Assembly: GCA_032718475.1 (NCBI GenBank)
Contig: JAUCBJ010007344.1
Location: forward strand, 1 to 40,796
Direction of reading: 5' to 3'
DNA length: 40,796 bases
Origin: Nemertoderma westbladi
Lineage: Eukaryota; Animalia; Xenacoelomorpha
Shown: piece by piece, positions 23,928 to 37,000 of the stretch
Position numbering within the stretch: the stretch's first letter is position 1
Layout: each line of letters opens with the position of its first letter
Program-made: the position numbers and the translations under genes
Notes under the pieces: model-generated
What the model was told of the DNA's origin: nothing
Databases searched by the model: none
The model's input: only the letters and a program-made list of their open reading frames with translations

Positions 23928-24124
23928 GTTGAGTTTGGAATATTATAAGCCAGGTGGAATTATATACAATGACTTTTTGGATTGGATAGCCTTATGTTCG
24001 AAACAACTAGAGGCTTATTGCACCAATAATGAGTCCAATTTAAATGTGGATGATCCATTGATAACTTTAACCCACGGTGACTTCCACTGTGACAACTTTT
24101 TCCTTAAATATGACAAGGAGAAAG
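23928..24124 (+). CDS. EcKL/choline-kinase-like gene, exon B (catalytic loop)
   Basis: TTTCTAG acceptor, GTATGT donor. LITLTHGDFHCDNFFL is the Brenner HGDxxxxN motif of APH/choline kinases. Phase 2 in, phase 1 out. Confidence 0.88.
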
Positions 24125-24873
24125 GTATGTGAGTTGAATTTAATATACATATTTAGTTATCTATTTATTTCCCTATAAACATATATTTATTACATCCAAT
24201 ATTAGTGAAATTTATAAAGTTATTGCTAGATAGTTGGATAAATAGAATTAATTATGAATACATTATGTAAAAACAATAACAAATACACCAAACAATTTAT
24301 ATGGTTATTGTCCAACATAACATATAGGATTACCCCTAAAGCTTTACAATGTGGCTGATTGTGGCCAATTATTTCCAATTTTTAAATTATTTTTCACCCG
24401 GGTGAAAAACATTTATCACCCGGGGGAAAAACATTTATCACCGGGGGAAAAACATCACCCGGGGGAAAAACAATTAAATACAATGATCAATTGCCGTCAG
24501 AATATACAAGTGAATCAAAAATACAGCGGGGACCATCAATAAAGATACTTCTCCAGCCCTTCAGCTCCGAAGGTGAACTAGCGTACTTTGCTGTTGAATG
24601 TATGATCCGAGACTTAAACCGTTACCATAACAAGTCGAGACACAGTTAAAAGCTGGGGATAAATTTTGGTGAAATTACGTTTTTGATCAAATGCGCTAAC
24701 AAGGGGGGGTACTGTAAGAGTGTGTATCGCGCACTCTGTTGAATTTTTGTTTTAGGTAATTAGGTTTTAGGTAAAGCTAACAGAAACAGGATGTCACGGT
24801 GAACAGAGCCTGTGTGTTTGGTAGGCAGGTCTTCTTTAAATCTCACTAATTAGGCCTAAATATTAAATTTTAG

Positions 24874-25023
24874 GTGGTTCGAATTTTCGAGATTTTCCAA
24901 GCGATATGTGTCTATATGATTGGCAAGCATACCGGATTGGGCATGTTGGATGGGACCTCGGATGGCTAGTATTCTCCAGCATCGATTCTGATGATTATTG
25001 GGAATTTTTAGTTTATGGACAAA
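24874..25023 (+). CDS. EcKL/choline-kinase-like gene, exon C (not in the ORF track)
   Basis: TTTTAG acceptor, GTAAGT donor. Reads GSNFRDFPSDMCLYDWQAYRIGHVGWDLGWLVFSSIDSDDYWEFLVYGQ, with the DWQ...G...DL motif. Phase 1 at both ends. Confidence 0.88.
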
Positions 25024-25074
25024 GTAAGTTCAGTGATCACTAGCATTTTGGGTTACGTTGTCGGTTAATCCCAC

Positions 25075-25330
25075 CTTGCTGTGGTGGTTGCATTGAATTC
25101 GTATCTCCCCGAAGGTCGTGGGTTCGATCCCCATCTGTGGGTGGACCAATGTAGTTTTCAAATCGGGACGAATGCTTTAAAGGGACTAGCCAGGGCATAT
25201 CTCTGTCTGTAAGTCCTCTAGCTTTGTGAGCAATCCCTAACCTAAACTTGCTAGACGCAGGTTAACAATTTAGTTAATTATCTGGTTAATCTGGCTATTA
25301 TACTACAATATCTGTTAAATAAACAGGAAA
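25075..25330 (+). mobile_element. Possible tRNA-derived SINE remnant
   Basis: B-box-like GGTTCGATCCC at about 25121 in a tRNA-like context (GAAGGTCGTGGGTTCGATCCCCA). A box weak, no cloverleaf. Confidence 0.35.
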
Positions 25331-25637
25331 AAGGCCTGGTAGAGGAGTCGAAATATTGTAAAATATATTTATTTTCATCCAATGCTCACATTAATGTGTT
25401 ATTATTATTACGCCGAGTGGGGCAAATTAAAACGAAATATACATACAGTAGCAGAAAAATATATAAACAATTATAAATTAAATGTAATATTAAATGGTAA
25501 GTAAAAAAAAGTGGTAGCTTCGGTAGTTGACCGGCTTCAATGGCCCCTAGAGTAAGAGATTCAGCGAATCGGTGACCCACATGCCTCTGTAGTGGAAGCT
25601 GTGTACAGGGAATCGCGTGAACTGAACACATGCCTCT

Positions 25638-27185
25638 GTACTAGGATCGGCATGCTGCATTGCAGCTGCATTTTTAAGAATGCTGTGCCGGCTTGTCGAC
25701 AAAATTGCGCCGCCACAACTCCCTATCACCCATGACATTTGCTAGATCATCCGCATCTTCAAGGCCAGTGTCCTTTAAGATGCGTCTCAACAAAGTCATG
25801 GGCTTTCCACCATGCTTATTCACTCCATGAGGCTGCCAAAGTACAAGATTATGCACTGGCTGGTCCTCACGGCGAAAGCAATGTCCTGCAAAGCGGAGGT
25901 GACTTTGTTCTAGTGTCAAGCTTGGGGAAACCAATGAGACACCTCCAATGTAATATAGTGTCTGGTTGGAGATGTGAGCATTGTACTTGTCACAGTGAAC
26001 CTGGCATAACATTCCTGTGAATGTGCTATACAGAGATTTGGTGTCCTCAGCGGTTAGAGCCCAGCATGGACTCCCATAGAGGAGTACTGGAACTACTGCT
26101 GGTCTAAATAATCGGACCTTAAGTTTCCGATTAATTCTCTGTGACTTCCAAATCCTGGAAAGCCTATTAAAAGCTGCCCATGCCTTTCCCTTACGTATTC
26201 GAAGGTCCTCACCTGACTTCCGAATCCATGATCCCAGGTAACAGAAGTCGTCCACATGCTCAAGCATACCATCCTTTGAGCTTATGCTCATCCGATCAGA
26301 GACTTGCTGAGAACTTTCAAAGTTAACTGTCAAAATTTTGGTCTTTCTGAAGTTAATAAAAAGACCAACACTAGAAGCAGCATGTTCTAATGAGCTGAGG
26401 AGCCGTTGGGCTCCCTCTAGTGATTCTGAGAGTACTCCTAAGTCATCAGCAAAGTCTAGATCAGTTAGGTACTTGGCAGGATTTCCTCGACTTCTGGAGC
26501 CAGTAGGTGGAGTTATCATCACCCCATCATCATTATGATAATCTAAGGACATGCGTAGAACATAGTCAACCACAATAATGAACAAGAATGGTGCAAGTGT
26601 GTCTCCTTGGAGGACGCCCCATAACACTTCAAATGGTTCTGTGTCACCATCAACAGTAGACACAAATATTGTCGAACCATCGCATACTGATCTGATTGCT
26701 GCAATAATTTCATCAGGAATCCCATATAATGAAAGTATGCTGAACATACGTGAGCGGGAGACTGAATCAAAGGCCTTGAAGAAGTCAACAAAGATAACAG
26801 CCAGATGCCTGTCTTTCTTTTTTGATAACTCTTCAATTATCCTTCTAAGTGCCAAAATGGGCTGCATGGTCCCACGACCTTTACGGAACCCATTCTGATT
26901 TCCACGGAGCAGTCTCTCAATGGGATCCCTGATGCGATTTAATAGAATTCTATTGTATAGATTTGCAGCAATCGAGATCAATGAGATTCCCCGAAAAGAA
27001 CCATAGAGTATTAGGTTGCCCTTCTTGGGAACTGGCACCAACTTATTTGTTTTCATTTCTTGTGGGACTCTTGTTGTTCGGTTCATGTCTACTATGATGG
27101 GATAGATGAGCTTTAAACACTCAGGTATTTTAAAGACCTCTGGGGGAACACCATCTACTCCACTGGCACGGGCATTATTGTATAC
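25638..27185 (-). mobile_element. 5'-truncated RTE-like non-LTR retrotransposon with an uninterrupted RT frame
   Basis: PKKG..., FRGISL, QNGFR, FVDFFKAFDSV, GVLQGDTLAPFLF, FADD, YLGS, VLLYGS..W motifs. Endonuclease absent. Stop at 25674, 3' UTR of about 35 nt, TAGTA tail. Confidence 0.92.
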
Positions 27186-27203
27186 AATCAATTATACTTT
27201 TAG

Positions 27204-27442
27204 GATTGTGGCTGGAGAGGTTAACGTACTACAGAAAATTATTGGGAGTTCCAGGTTTATTGACGCCTGAGACAACCTATGAGACTGAAGAGTTTAAGAA
27301 AACTTCGTTCCTAAGTGCTTCTTTTTTCTTCGGGATTCAAACTCTCAGAAAAATTTCAACTGAAAGTGACATCGCAAAAGAAGCTGTTAAAAGAGTTGTT
27401 AACGTTTACAAAAACAGGAAAGCTATGTTTAACATAAATTAG
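27204..27442 (+). CDS. EcKL/choline-kinase-like gene, terminal exon D
   Basis: CTTTTAG acceptor, phase 1 matching exon C (A|GA = Arg). Reads LWLERLTYYRKLLG...NIN* and is followed by two AATAAA signals (about 27452 and 27463). Confidence 0.75.
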
Positions 27443-29448
27443 TAGCTGTTTAATAAAATGCTAATAAAATGAATTAATTAATTAGTTACTTAATTTAATT
27501 AGAAAATTAATTAATACATTAATAATATGCTGTTTAGTAATCGGTGGTGTATAATTTATATGGTCTTTATGTACAACTAGTGACGGGACTGGCGGCCCGA
27601 TAAGGAACCGACCTTTTTTATTTCATAAAAAAAACAGTCAACTGTAGCGGTTGCGAATTTGAGTTCCTGGTTACAAATCTGAGTTTATAGTTACCCATCT
27701 GAGAGTCCTGTAATAAATTGGAGTTCGCAGCTACAAATCAGAGTGCCTGGTTACGAATTGGCGTTATTAAACTTTAATTTTACAGTTTTATATATTATGC
27801 TTCGATGTATTGAACAAATTATGTAAAAATACAATTATATTACATACAATTATTACTAAGAAATTCGATATATTATTAGTTACATAATTCTAGAACAAAA
27901 TCAACCGGCAAATAGTGAAGACCTCGTTTTGGAATTTCGAAACCATGCTGGTCCGATGCGCGATATCGAGTTCAGTTAATAAATTGAAAACTCCATCAAT
28001 TTATATGCACCCAGTAATAATAAATCCTTATGAATGTAATTAAAAACAAATTATTCTAGAAAGATTTCCTCAAAAAGTATGAAGTCTTGGCATTGGTGAC
28101 TTAAAACTAGGCTAGTGAGATTCAGGATATTGCGTTTAATATAAAAATAAAAAACCCCATCGAATTCCGTAAAGGCGTTAATAAAATATTTCAACTAATA
28201 TCTGGGAGTGAGTGGGCCTACAGGCTCAGACACTTTTACTTCTATAAAGTTATCAGGCAATACCCTGTCATTATTGAGGAGCTTTTCAAAGTGGGCCTTC
28301 CAACCATTGAGGCGATCAACTGGTGATTCTGCCTTAACCTTGGTGGTTGGTTGGCTTTTCCGCCCAGTAAGCGAGTTGATCGATTTCCATCTAACCTAAC
28401 CAGCTAACCTAACTGCTTCTGTGAAGGCAGTATAGCCCTCGCAGTGATCTGCCGTCTCCGAGGCAAGAGCCTCATTCATACCTTTTGCTCAGCTGTAGTG
28501 TGAATCTGGATCTCAAACTGGGCTGTTGCAACAGAGAGGACCAGTCATGCCGCTGCAAGACTGGTATTATAAGTGTGGTATTATTAAGTCATTGATCAAG
28601 AAAACTTGCTATCTCTGTTGATCACATGAATTCTGCCTCTAGATTACTTATTTTACGATACCTTGGATCTCCACCATTTGGGCCATTTACAGACCCCCGA
28701 AAAACGTCCCTAAGATCGAAAAACACCCGGTCGACGAAACTCAAAATTCGAACCCAAGGTCAAGGGTACAAAGAAGAAACAAAAGAAAAAACATGATAAT
28801 TGATAAATCTTTCACGTGCATTACTATACTGTTGTAATTCATAGTTTATCTGATATCAAACTTGTGTATAATAGATTTGATATAGTTATATACTGTTTGA
28901 TATAAAATATTTAAGAAAAAAACGTCATAAATGAAAAGTTTAAATTATTGAAGGGGGGGCGGGGGGGGGGGCTATCTCAGCTTCGTTCCCCGGACGCCAG
29001 AAGGGCTCGCTACGCCTCTGACGGCAGGGCCTAGAAATAAAGGTGACGGTAGACAGTACTGTTTGGGATGTTATAAAATATAATACTGTAGTTAGTGAAC
29101 GTATGTACTGTAGACTGTCCCCAAAACCTGGTACAATGCGAGGCCTTAAATTAGCGACCTATTCACAGTCTCTCCAAATATAGACCCATATTACGACTAC
29201 GGATCCCTGCAAAGTGTAGTGTTTGGACTCCTTATGTGGCGAATAATAAACTGTCCAGACAATAAAGCGCTAAACAGAAGCTTGGGAAATTTTGCAATCG
29301 CAAGCAAATGTCGAATGTATTGTAAATAAATAGTTATGATCATGGTATCATGATCATGGTCATGGTAGATGGTATATTTGTTGCCACGCCGCCACATAGA
29401 TCTCAAATACCATCTTAATTCGGCGAATGATAAGTATTTATAATATTC

Positions 29449-29568
29449 TATTTACTACATATACAAATACTACATATTTACTACATATACATATACTACA
29501 TATTTACTATATATACATATACTACATATTTACTACATATACATATACTACATATTTACTATATATAC
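29449..29568. repeat. 26-bp AT-rich minisatellite, about 4.5 copies
   Basis: Unit TATTTACTACATATACATATACTACA. Confidence 0.85.
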
Positions 29569-30414
29569 TTACAATATTTATAGTGGAACTGGCAAATCGA
29601 GTGTAATACATGTAACCCTTTAACTATTTACAATTATTATAGCTGAGCTGTAAAATGGACGGAGACATATAAAAAAAATTGTATTTATTCTTTTCTATCA
29701 TGGTCAACTCCCGTATATGGGGCTATGGTTACCTGTACCTGTACATTCCAAGTCGATTAACTAAAACTAATTTAATAAGCTGTAAGGCCTCTCTCTGGTG
29801 TGAACAACAGAATTATATTTGATGATATGTTGAGTTATGTATCCGAAACATCATCAAGTTCATCATATCTGCGAAACAAACCTTTCTAAAACGTTTCAAC
29901 ATAACTAGTATAATAAACTTATAATAATACGCAGTGTCATTTATGTTTTCTGTGAATAAATACAAATATTATAATAGTCAATTTACATTTTCTCACTCTT
30001 TCAATCCATCGATATCAATGTCATCCGCTCAACTACAGCTTTGGATACCCTTCGAAATGGATTCTACGTAAAATTTTACATATATAGTGAAAAAATGGTG
30101 CTTTCCTCACCTTTGTCGTAATATGGATATTTTTTAACCCTAAGCCACCTGACTATTACGTGTTATAGTGGAAATAATAACTTCTACTAGAAATTAATAA
30201 GGTAACGTACATACAATTTATAATGTTATAATAATTAATAATGTACAATAATAATAATAATAATAACGTTAATTACCGGCTTCTATTTCGTCATCTTCTT
30301 ATCTCCATATCTTTCTTTCCGCGGTCGACTAAGTCCCAACTCTCTACTTCATCCTTTACTGTTATTAACCCTAACCCAGCGGCATCCTCGTACCCAAACC
30401 CACTTCGCCATTTA

Positions 30415-30476
30415 CTACTAGGATCGGCATGCTGCATTGCAGCTGCATTTTTAAGAATGCTGTGCCGGCTTAAATG
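30415..30476 (-). mobile_element. 62-bp, extremely 5'-truncated copy of the RTE 3' end
   Basis: 30416-30471 is identical to 25639-25694. Flanked by the 13-bp TSD ACTTCGCCATTTA (30402-30414 and 30477-30489). Confidence 0.9.
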
Positions 30477-31020
30477 ACTTCGCCATTTAGACCTTGATCC
30501 CTTTGATGCAGTTCCTTGTAGCCCGAATTACATGAAACTTGTGCCCTTTACCCATCCCATTACTACTCCAAACTGCTTGTTTACAATGTTGACAGACTTG
30601 TTATTAGTCTGTAATGGTGTCTGTATTTAAACTGTTATAAAGCGAACTAGACTTCGGAGGTGTGTGGAATTACAATATGTTAAAACTTAGTTGATATAAT
30701 TGTTAAATAAATACAACTTTATATTTAACTTTAGTTTATATTACATACGTATATAAGTTAATTTAATTTTTACATAATATTATTACACCGCTAAAATGTC
30801 AATATAAAATTATAATAAACAATTGATATTGTAATTACTTTACAAATACACGATACAGTATAATTATAGAACATTATTACATGATTAAAAAAAGTACATT
30901 GTACTATTTAATAGGACATAGTATTAATCTAATACAGATATGAAATGGATGTATATTAAGGGTGAAAACTCAACAATAATAAAATCACAATAAATATCAT
31001 CATAAATCGCGTTGTTGTCC

Positions 31021-34000
31021 AACATTGTGTTGGTTACTTTATCACACATTGTGTTGGTTACTTTACCACACATTGTGTTGGTTACTTTACCACACATTGT
31101 GTTGGTTACTTTACCACACATTGTGTTGGTTACTTTATCACACATTGTGTTGGTTACTTTACCACACATTGTGTTGGTTACTTTATCACACATTGTGTTG
31201 GTTACTTTACCACACATTGTGTTGGTTACTTTATCACACATTGTGTTGGTTACTTTACCACACATTGTGTTGGTTACTTTACCACACATTGTGTTGGTTA
31301 CTTTACCACACATTGTGTTGGTTACTTTACCACACATTGTGTTGGTTACTTTATCACACATTGTGTTGGTTACTTTACCACACATTGTGTTGGTTACTTT
31401 ACCACACATTGTGTTGGTTACTTTATCACACATTGTGTTGGTTACTTTATCACACATTGTGTTGGTTACTTTACCACACATTGTGTTGGTTACTTTATCA
31501 CACATTGTGTTGGTTACTTTACCACACATTGTGTTGGTTACTTTATCACACATTGTGTTGGTTACTTTATCACACATTGTGTTGGTTACTTTACCACACA
31601 TTGTGTTGGTTACTTTACCACACATTGTGTTGGTTACTTTACCACACATTGTGTTGGTTACTTTATCACACATTGTGTTGGTTACTTTACCACACATTGT
31701 GTTGGTTACTTTATCACACATTGTGTTGGTTACTTTATCACACATTGTGTTGGTTACTTTATCACACATTGTGTTGGTTACTTTATCACACATTGTGTTG
31801 GTTACTTTATCACACATTGTGTTGGTTACTTTATCACACATTGTGTTGGTTACTTTATCACACATTGTGTTGGTTACTTTACCACACATTGTGTTGGTTA
31901 CTTTACCACACATTGTGTTGGTTACTTTACCACACATTGTGTTGGTTACTTTACCACACATTGTGTTGGTTACTTTACCACACATTGTGTTGGTTACTTT
32001 ATCACACATTGTGTTGGTTACTTTATCACACATTGTGTTGGTTACTTTACCACACATTGTGTTGGTTACTTTACCACACATTGTGTTGGTTACTTTACCA
32101 CACATTGTGTTGGTTACTTTACCACACATTGTGTTGGTTACTTTACCACACATTGTGTTGGTTACTTTACCACACATTGTGTTGGTTACTTTATCACACA
32201 TTGTGTTGGTTACTTTATCACACATTGTGTTGGTTACTTTACCACACATTGTGTTGGTTACTTTACCACACATTGTGTTGGTTACTTTACCACACATTGT
32301 GTTGGTTACTTTACCACACATTGTGTTGGTTACTTTACCACACATTGTGTTGGTTACTTTACCACACATTGTGTTGGTTACTTTACCACACATTGTGTTG
32401 GTTACTTTACCACACATTGTGTTGGTTACTTTATCACACATTGTGTTGGTTACTTTATCACACATTGTGTTGGTTACTTTATCACACATTGTGTTGGTTA
32501 CTTTACCACACATTGTGTTGGTTACTTTACCACACATTGTGTTGGTTACTTTACCACACATTGTGTTGGTTACTTTATCACACATTGTGTTGGTTACTTT
32601 ACCACACATTGTGTTGGTTACTTTACCACACATTGTGTTGGTTACTTTACCACACATTGTGTTGGTTACTTTACCACACATTGTGTTGGTTACTTTACCA
32701 CACATTGTGTTGGTTACTTTACCACACATTGTGTTGGTTACTTTACCACACATTGTGTTGGTTACTTTACCACACATTGTGTTGGTTACTTTACCACACA
32801 TTGTGTTGGTTACTTTACCACACATTGTGTTGGTTACTTTACCACACATTGTGTTGGTTACTTTACCACACATTGTGTTGGTTACTTTACCACACATTGT
32901 GTTGGTTACTTTATCACACATTGTGTTGGTTACTTTACCACACATTGTGTTGGTTACTTTACCACACATTGTGTTGGTTACTTTACCACACATTGTGTTG
33001 GTTACTTTACCACACATTGTGTTGGTTACTTTACCACACATTGTGTTGGTTACTTTACCACACATTGTGTTGGTTACTTTACCACACATTGTGTTGGTTA
33101 CTTTATCACACATTGTGTTGGTTACTTTACCACACATTGTGTTGGTTACTTTACCACACATTGTGTTGGTTACTTTACCACACATTGTGTTGGTTACTTT
33201 ACCACACATTGTGTTGGTTACTTTATCACACATTGTGTTGGTTACTTTATCACACATTGTGTTGGTTACTTTACCACACATTGTGTTGGTTACTTTACCA
33301 CACATTGTGTTGGTTACTTTACCACACATTGTGTTGGTTACTTTACCACACATTGTGTTGGTTACTTTACCACACATTGTGTTGGTTACTTTACCACACA
33401 TTGTGTTGGTTACTTTACCACACATTGTGTTGGTTACTTTACCACACATTGTGTTGGTTACTTTACCACACATTGTGTTGGTTACTTTACCACACATTGT
33501 GTTGGTTACTTTACCACACATTGTGTTGGTTACTTTACCACACATTGTGTTGGTTACTTTATCACACATTGTGTTGGTTACTTTACCACACATTGTGTTG
33601 GTTACTTTACCACACATTGTGTTGGTTACTTTACCACACATTGTGTTGGTTACTTTACCACACATTGTGTTGGTTACTTTACCACACATTGTGTTGGTTA
33701 CTTTACCACACATTGTGTTGGTTACTTTATCACACATTGTGTTGGTTACTTTACCACACATTGTGTTGGTTACTTTACCACACATTGTGTTGGTTACTTT
33801 ACCACACATTGTGTTGGTTACTTTACCACACATTGTGTTGGTTACTTTACCACACATTGTGTTGGTTACTTTACCACACATTGTGTTGGTTACTTTACCA
33901 CACATTGTGTTGGTTACTTTACCACACATTGTGTTGGTTACTTTACCACACATTGTGTTGGTTACTTTACCACACATTGTGTTGGTTACTTTACCACACA

Positions 34001-37000
34001 TTGTGTTGGTTACTTTACCACACATTGTGTTGGTTACTTTACCACACATTGTGTTGGTTACTTTACCACACATTGTGTTGGTTACTTTACCACACATTGT
34101 GTTGGTTACTTTACCACACATTGTGTTGGTTACTTTACCACACATTGTGTTGGTTACTTTACCACACATTGTGTTGGTTACTTTACCACACATTGTGTTG
34201 GTTACTTTACCACACATTGTGTTGGTTACTTTACCACACATTGTGTTGGTTACTTTACCACACATTGTGTTGGTTACTTTACCACACATTGTGTTGGTTA
34301 CTTTATCACACATTGTGTTGGTTACTTTACCACACATTGTGTTGGTTACTTTACCACACATTGTGTTGGTTACTTTACCACACATTGTGTTGGTTACTTT
34401 ACCACACATTGTGTTGGTTACTTTACCACACATTGTGTTGGTTACTTTACCACACATTGTGTTGGTTACTTTACCACACATTGTGTTGGTTACTTTACCA
34501 CACATTGTGTTGGTTACTTTACCACACATTGTGTTGGTTACTTTACCACACATTGTGTTGGTTACTTTACCACACATTGTGTTGGTTACTTTACCACACA
34601 TTGTGTTGGTTACTTTACCACACATTGTGTTGGTTACTTTACCACACATTGTGTTGGTTACTTTACCACACATTGTGTTGGTTACTTTACCACACATTGT
34701 GTTGGTTACTTTACCACACATTGTGTTGGTTACTTTACCACACATTGTGTTGGTTACTTTACCACACATTGTGTTGGTTACTTTACCACACATTGTGTTG
34801 GTTACTTTACCACACATTGTGTTGGTTACTTTACCACACATTGTGTTGGTTACTTTACCACACATTGTGTTGGTTACTTTACCACACATTGTGTTGGTTA
34901 CTTTACCACACATTGTGTTGGTTACTTTACCACACATTGTGTTGGTTACTTTACCACACATTGTGTTGGTTACTTTACCACACATTGTGTTGGTTACTTT
35001 ACCACACATTGTGTTGGTTACTTTACCACACATTGTGTTGGTTACTTTACCACACATTGTGTTGGTTACTTTACCACACATTGTGTTGGTTACTTTACCA
35101 CACATTGTGTTGGTTACTTTACCACACATTGTGTTGGTTACTTTACCACACATTGTGTTGGTTACTTTACCACACATTGTGTTGGTTACTTTACCACACA
35201 TTGTGTTGGTTACTTTACCACACATTGTGTTGGTTACTTTACCACACATTGTGTTGGTTACTTTACCACACATTGTGTTGGTTACTTTACCACACATTGT
35301 GTTGGTTACTTTACCACACATTGTGTTGGTTACTTTACCACACATTGTGTTGGTTACTTTACCACACATTGTGTTGGTTACTTTACCACACATTGTGTTG
35401 GTTACTTTACCACACATTGTGTTGGTTACTTTACCACACATTGTGTTGGTTACTTTACCACACATTGTGTTGGTTACTTTACCACACATTGTGTTGGTTA
35501 CTTTACCACACATTGTGTTGGTTACTTTACCACACATTGTGTTGGTTACTTTACCACACATTGTGTTGGTTACTTTACCACACATTGTGTTGGTTACTTT
35601 ACCACACATTGTGTTGGTTACTTTACCACACATTGTGTTGGTTACTTTACCACACATTGTGTTGGTTACTTTACCACACATTGTGTTGGTTACTTTACCA
35701 CACATTGTGTTGGTTACTTTACCACACATTGTGTTGGTTACTTTACCACACATTGTGTTGGTTACTTTACCACACATTGTGTTGGTTACTTTACCACACA
35801 TTGTGTTGGTTACTTTACCACACATTGTGTTGGTTACTTTACCACACATTGTGTTGGTTACTTTACCACACATTGTGTTGGTTACTTTACCACACATTGT
35901 GTTGGTTACTTTACCACACATTGTGTTGGTTACTTTACCACACATTGTGTTGGTTACTTTACCACACATTGTGTTGGTTACTTTACCACACATTGTGTTG
36001 GTTACTTTACCACACATTGTGTTGGTTACTTTACCACACATTGTGTTGGTTACTTTACCACACATTGTGTTGGTTACTTTACCACACATTGTGTTGGTTA
36101 CTTTACCACACATTGTGTTGGTTACTTTACCACACATTGTGTTGGTTACTTTACCACACATTGTGTTGGTTACTTTACCACACATTGTGTTGGTTACTTT
36201 ACCACACATTGTGTTGGTTACTTTACCACACATTGTGTTGGTTACTTTACCACACATTGTGTTGGTTACTTTACCACACATTGTGTTGGTTACTTTACCA
36301 CACATTGTGTTGGTTACTTTACCACACATTGTGTTGGTTACTTTACCACACATTGTGTTGGTTACTTTACCACACATTGTGTTGGTTACTTTACCACACA
36401 TTGTGTTGGTTACTTTACCACACATTGTGTTGGTTACTTTACCACACATTGTGTTGGTTACTTTACCACACATTGTGTTGGTTACTTTACCACACATTGT
36501 GTTGGTTACTTTACCACACATTGTGTTGGTTACTTTACCACACATTGTGTTGGTTACTTTACCACACATTGTGTTGGTTACTTTACCACACATTGTGTTG
36601 GTTACTTTACCACACATTGTGTTGGTTACTTTACCACACATTGTGTTGGTTACTTTACCACACATTGTGTTGGTTACTTTACCACACATTGTGTTGGTTA
36701 CTTTACCACACATTGTGTTGGTTACTTTACCACACATTGTGTTGGTTACTTTACCACACATTGTGTTGGTTACTTTACCACACATTGTGTTGGTTACTTT
36801 ACCACACATTGTGTTGGTTACTTTACCACACATTGTGTTGGTTACTTTACCACACATTGTGTTGGTTACTTTACCACACATTGTGTTGGTTACTTTACCA
36901 CACATTGTGTTGGTTACTTTACCACACATTGTGTTGGTTACTTTACCACACATTGTGTTGGTTACTTTACCACACATTGTGTTGGTTACTTTACCACACA

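Noticed and set aside
22946-23932. (SHSKV)n and (MAHLR)n ORFs
   Set aside because: Translations of a 15-bp intronic minisatellite.
25075-25150. tRNA gene
   Set aside because: Only a B-box/T-arm-like motif is present; no acceptor stem or cloverleaf.
28950-29021. hAT-like end GCTACGCCTCTG
   Set aside because: No matching opposite TIR or TSD was found, so an element cannot be delimited.
30135-30378. TAACCCTAA motifs as telomeric repeats
   Set aside because: Isolated 1-2 unit matches, expected by chance.
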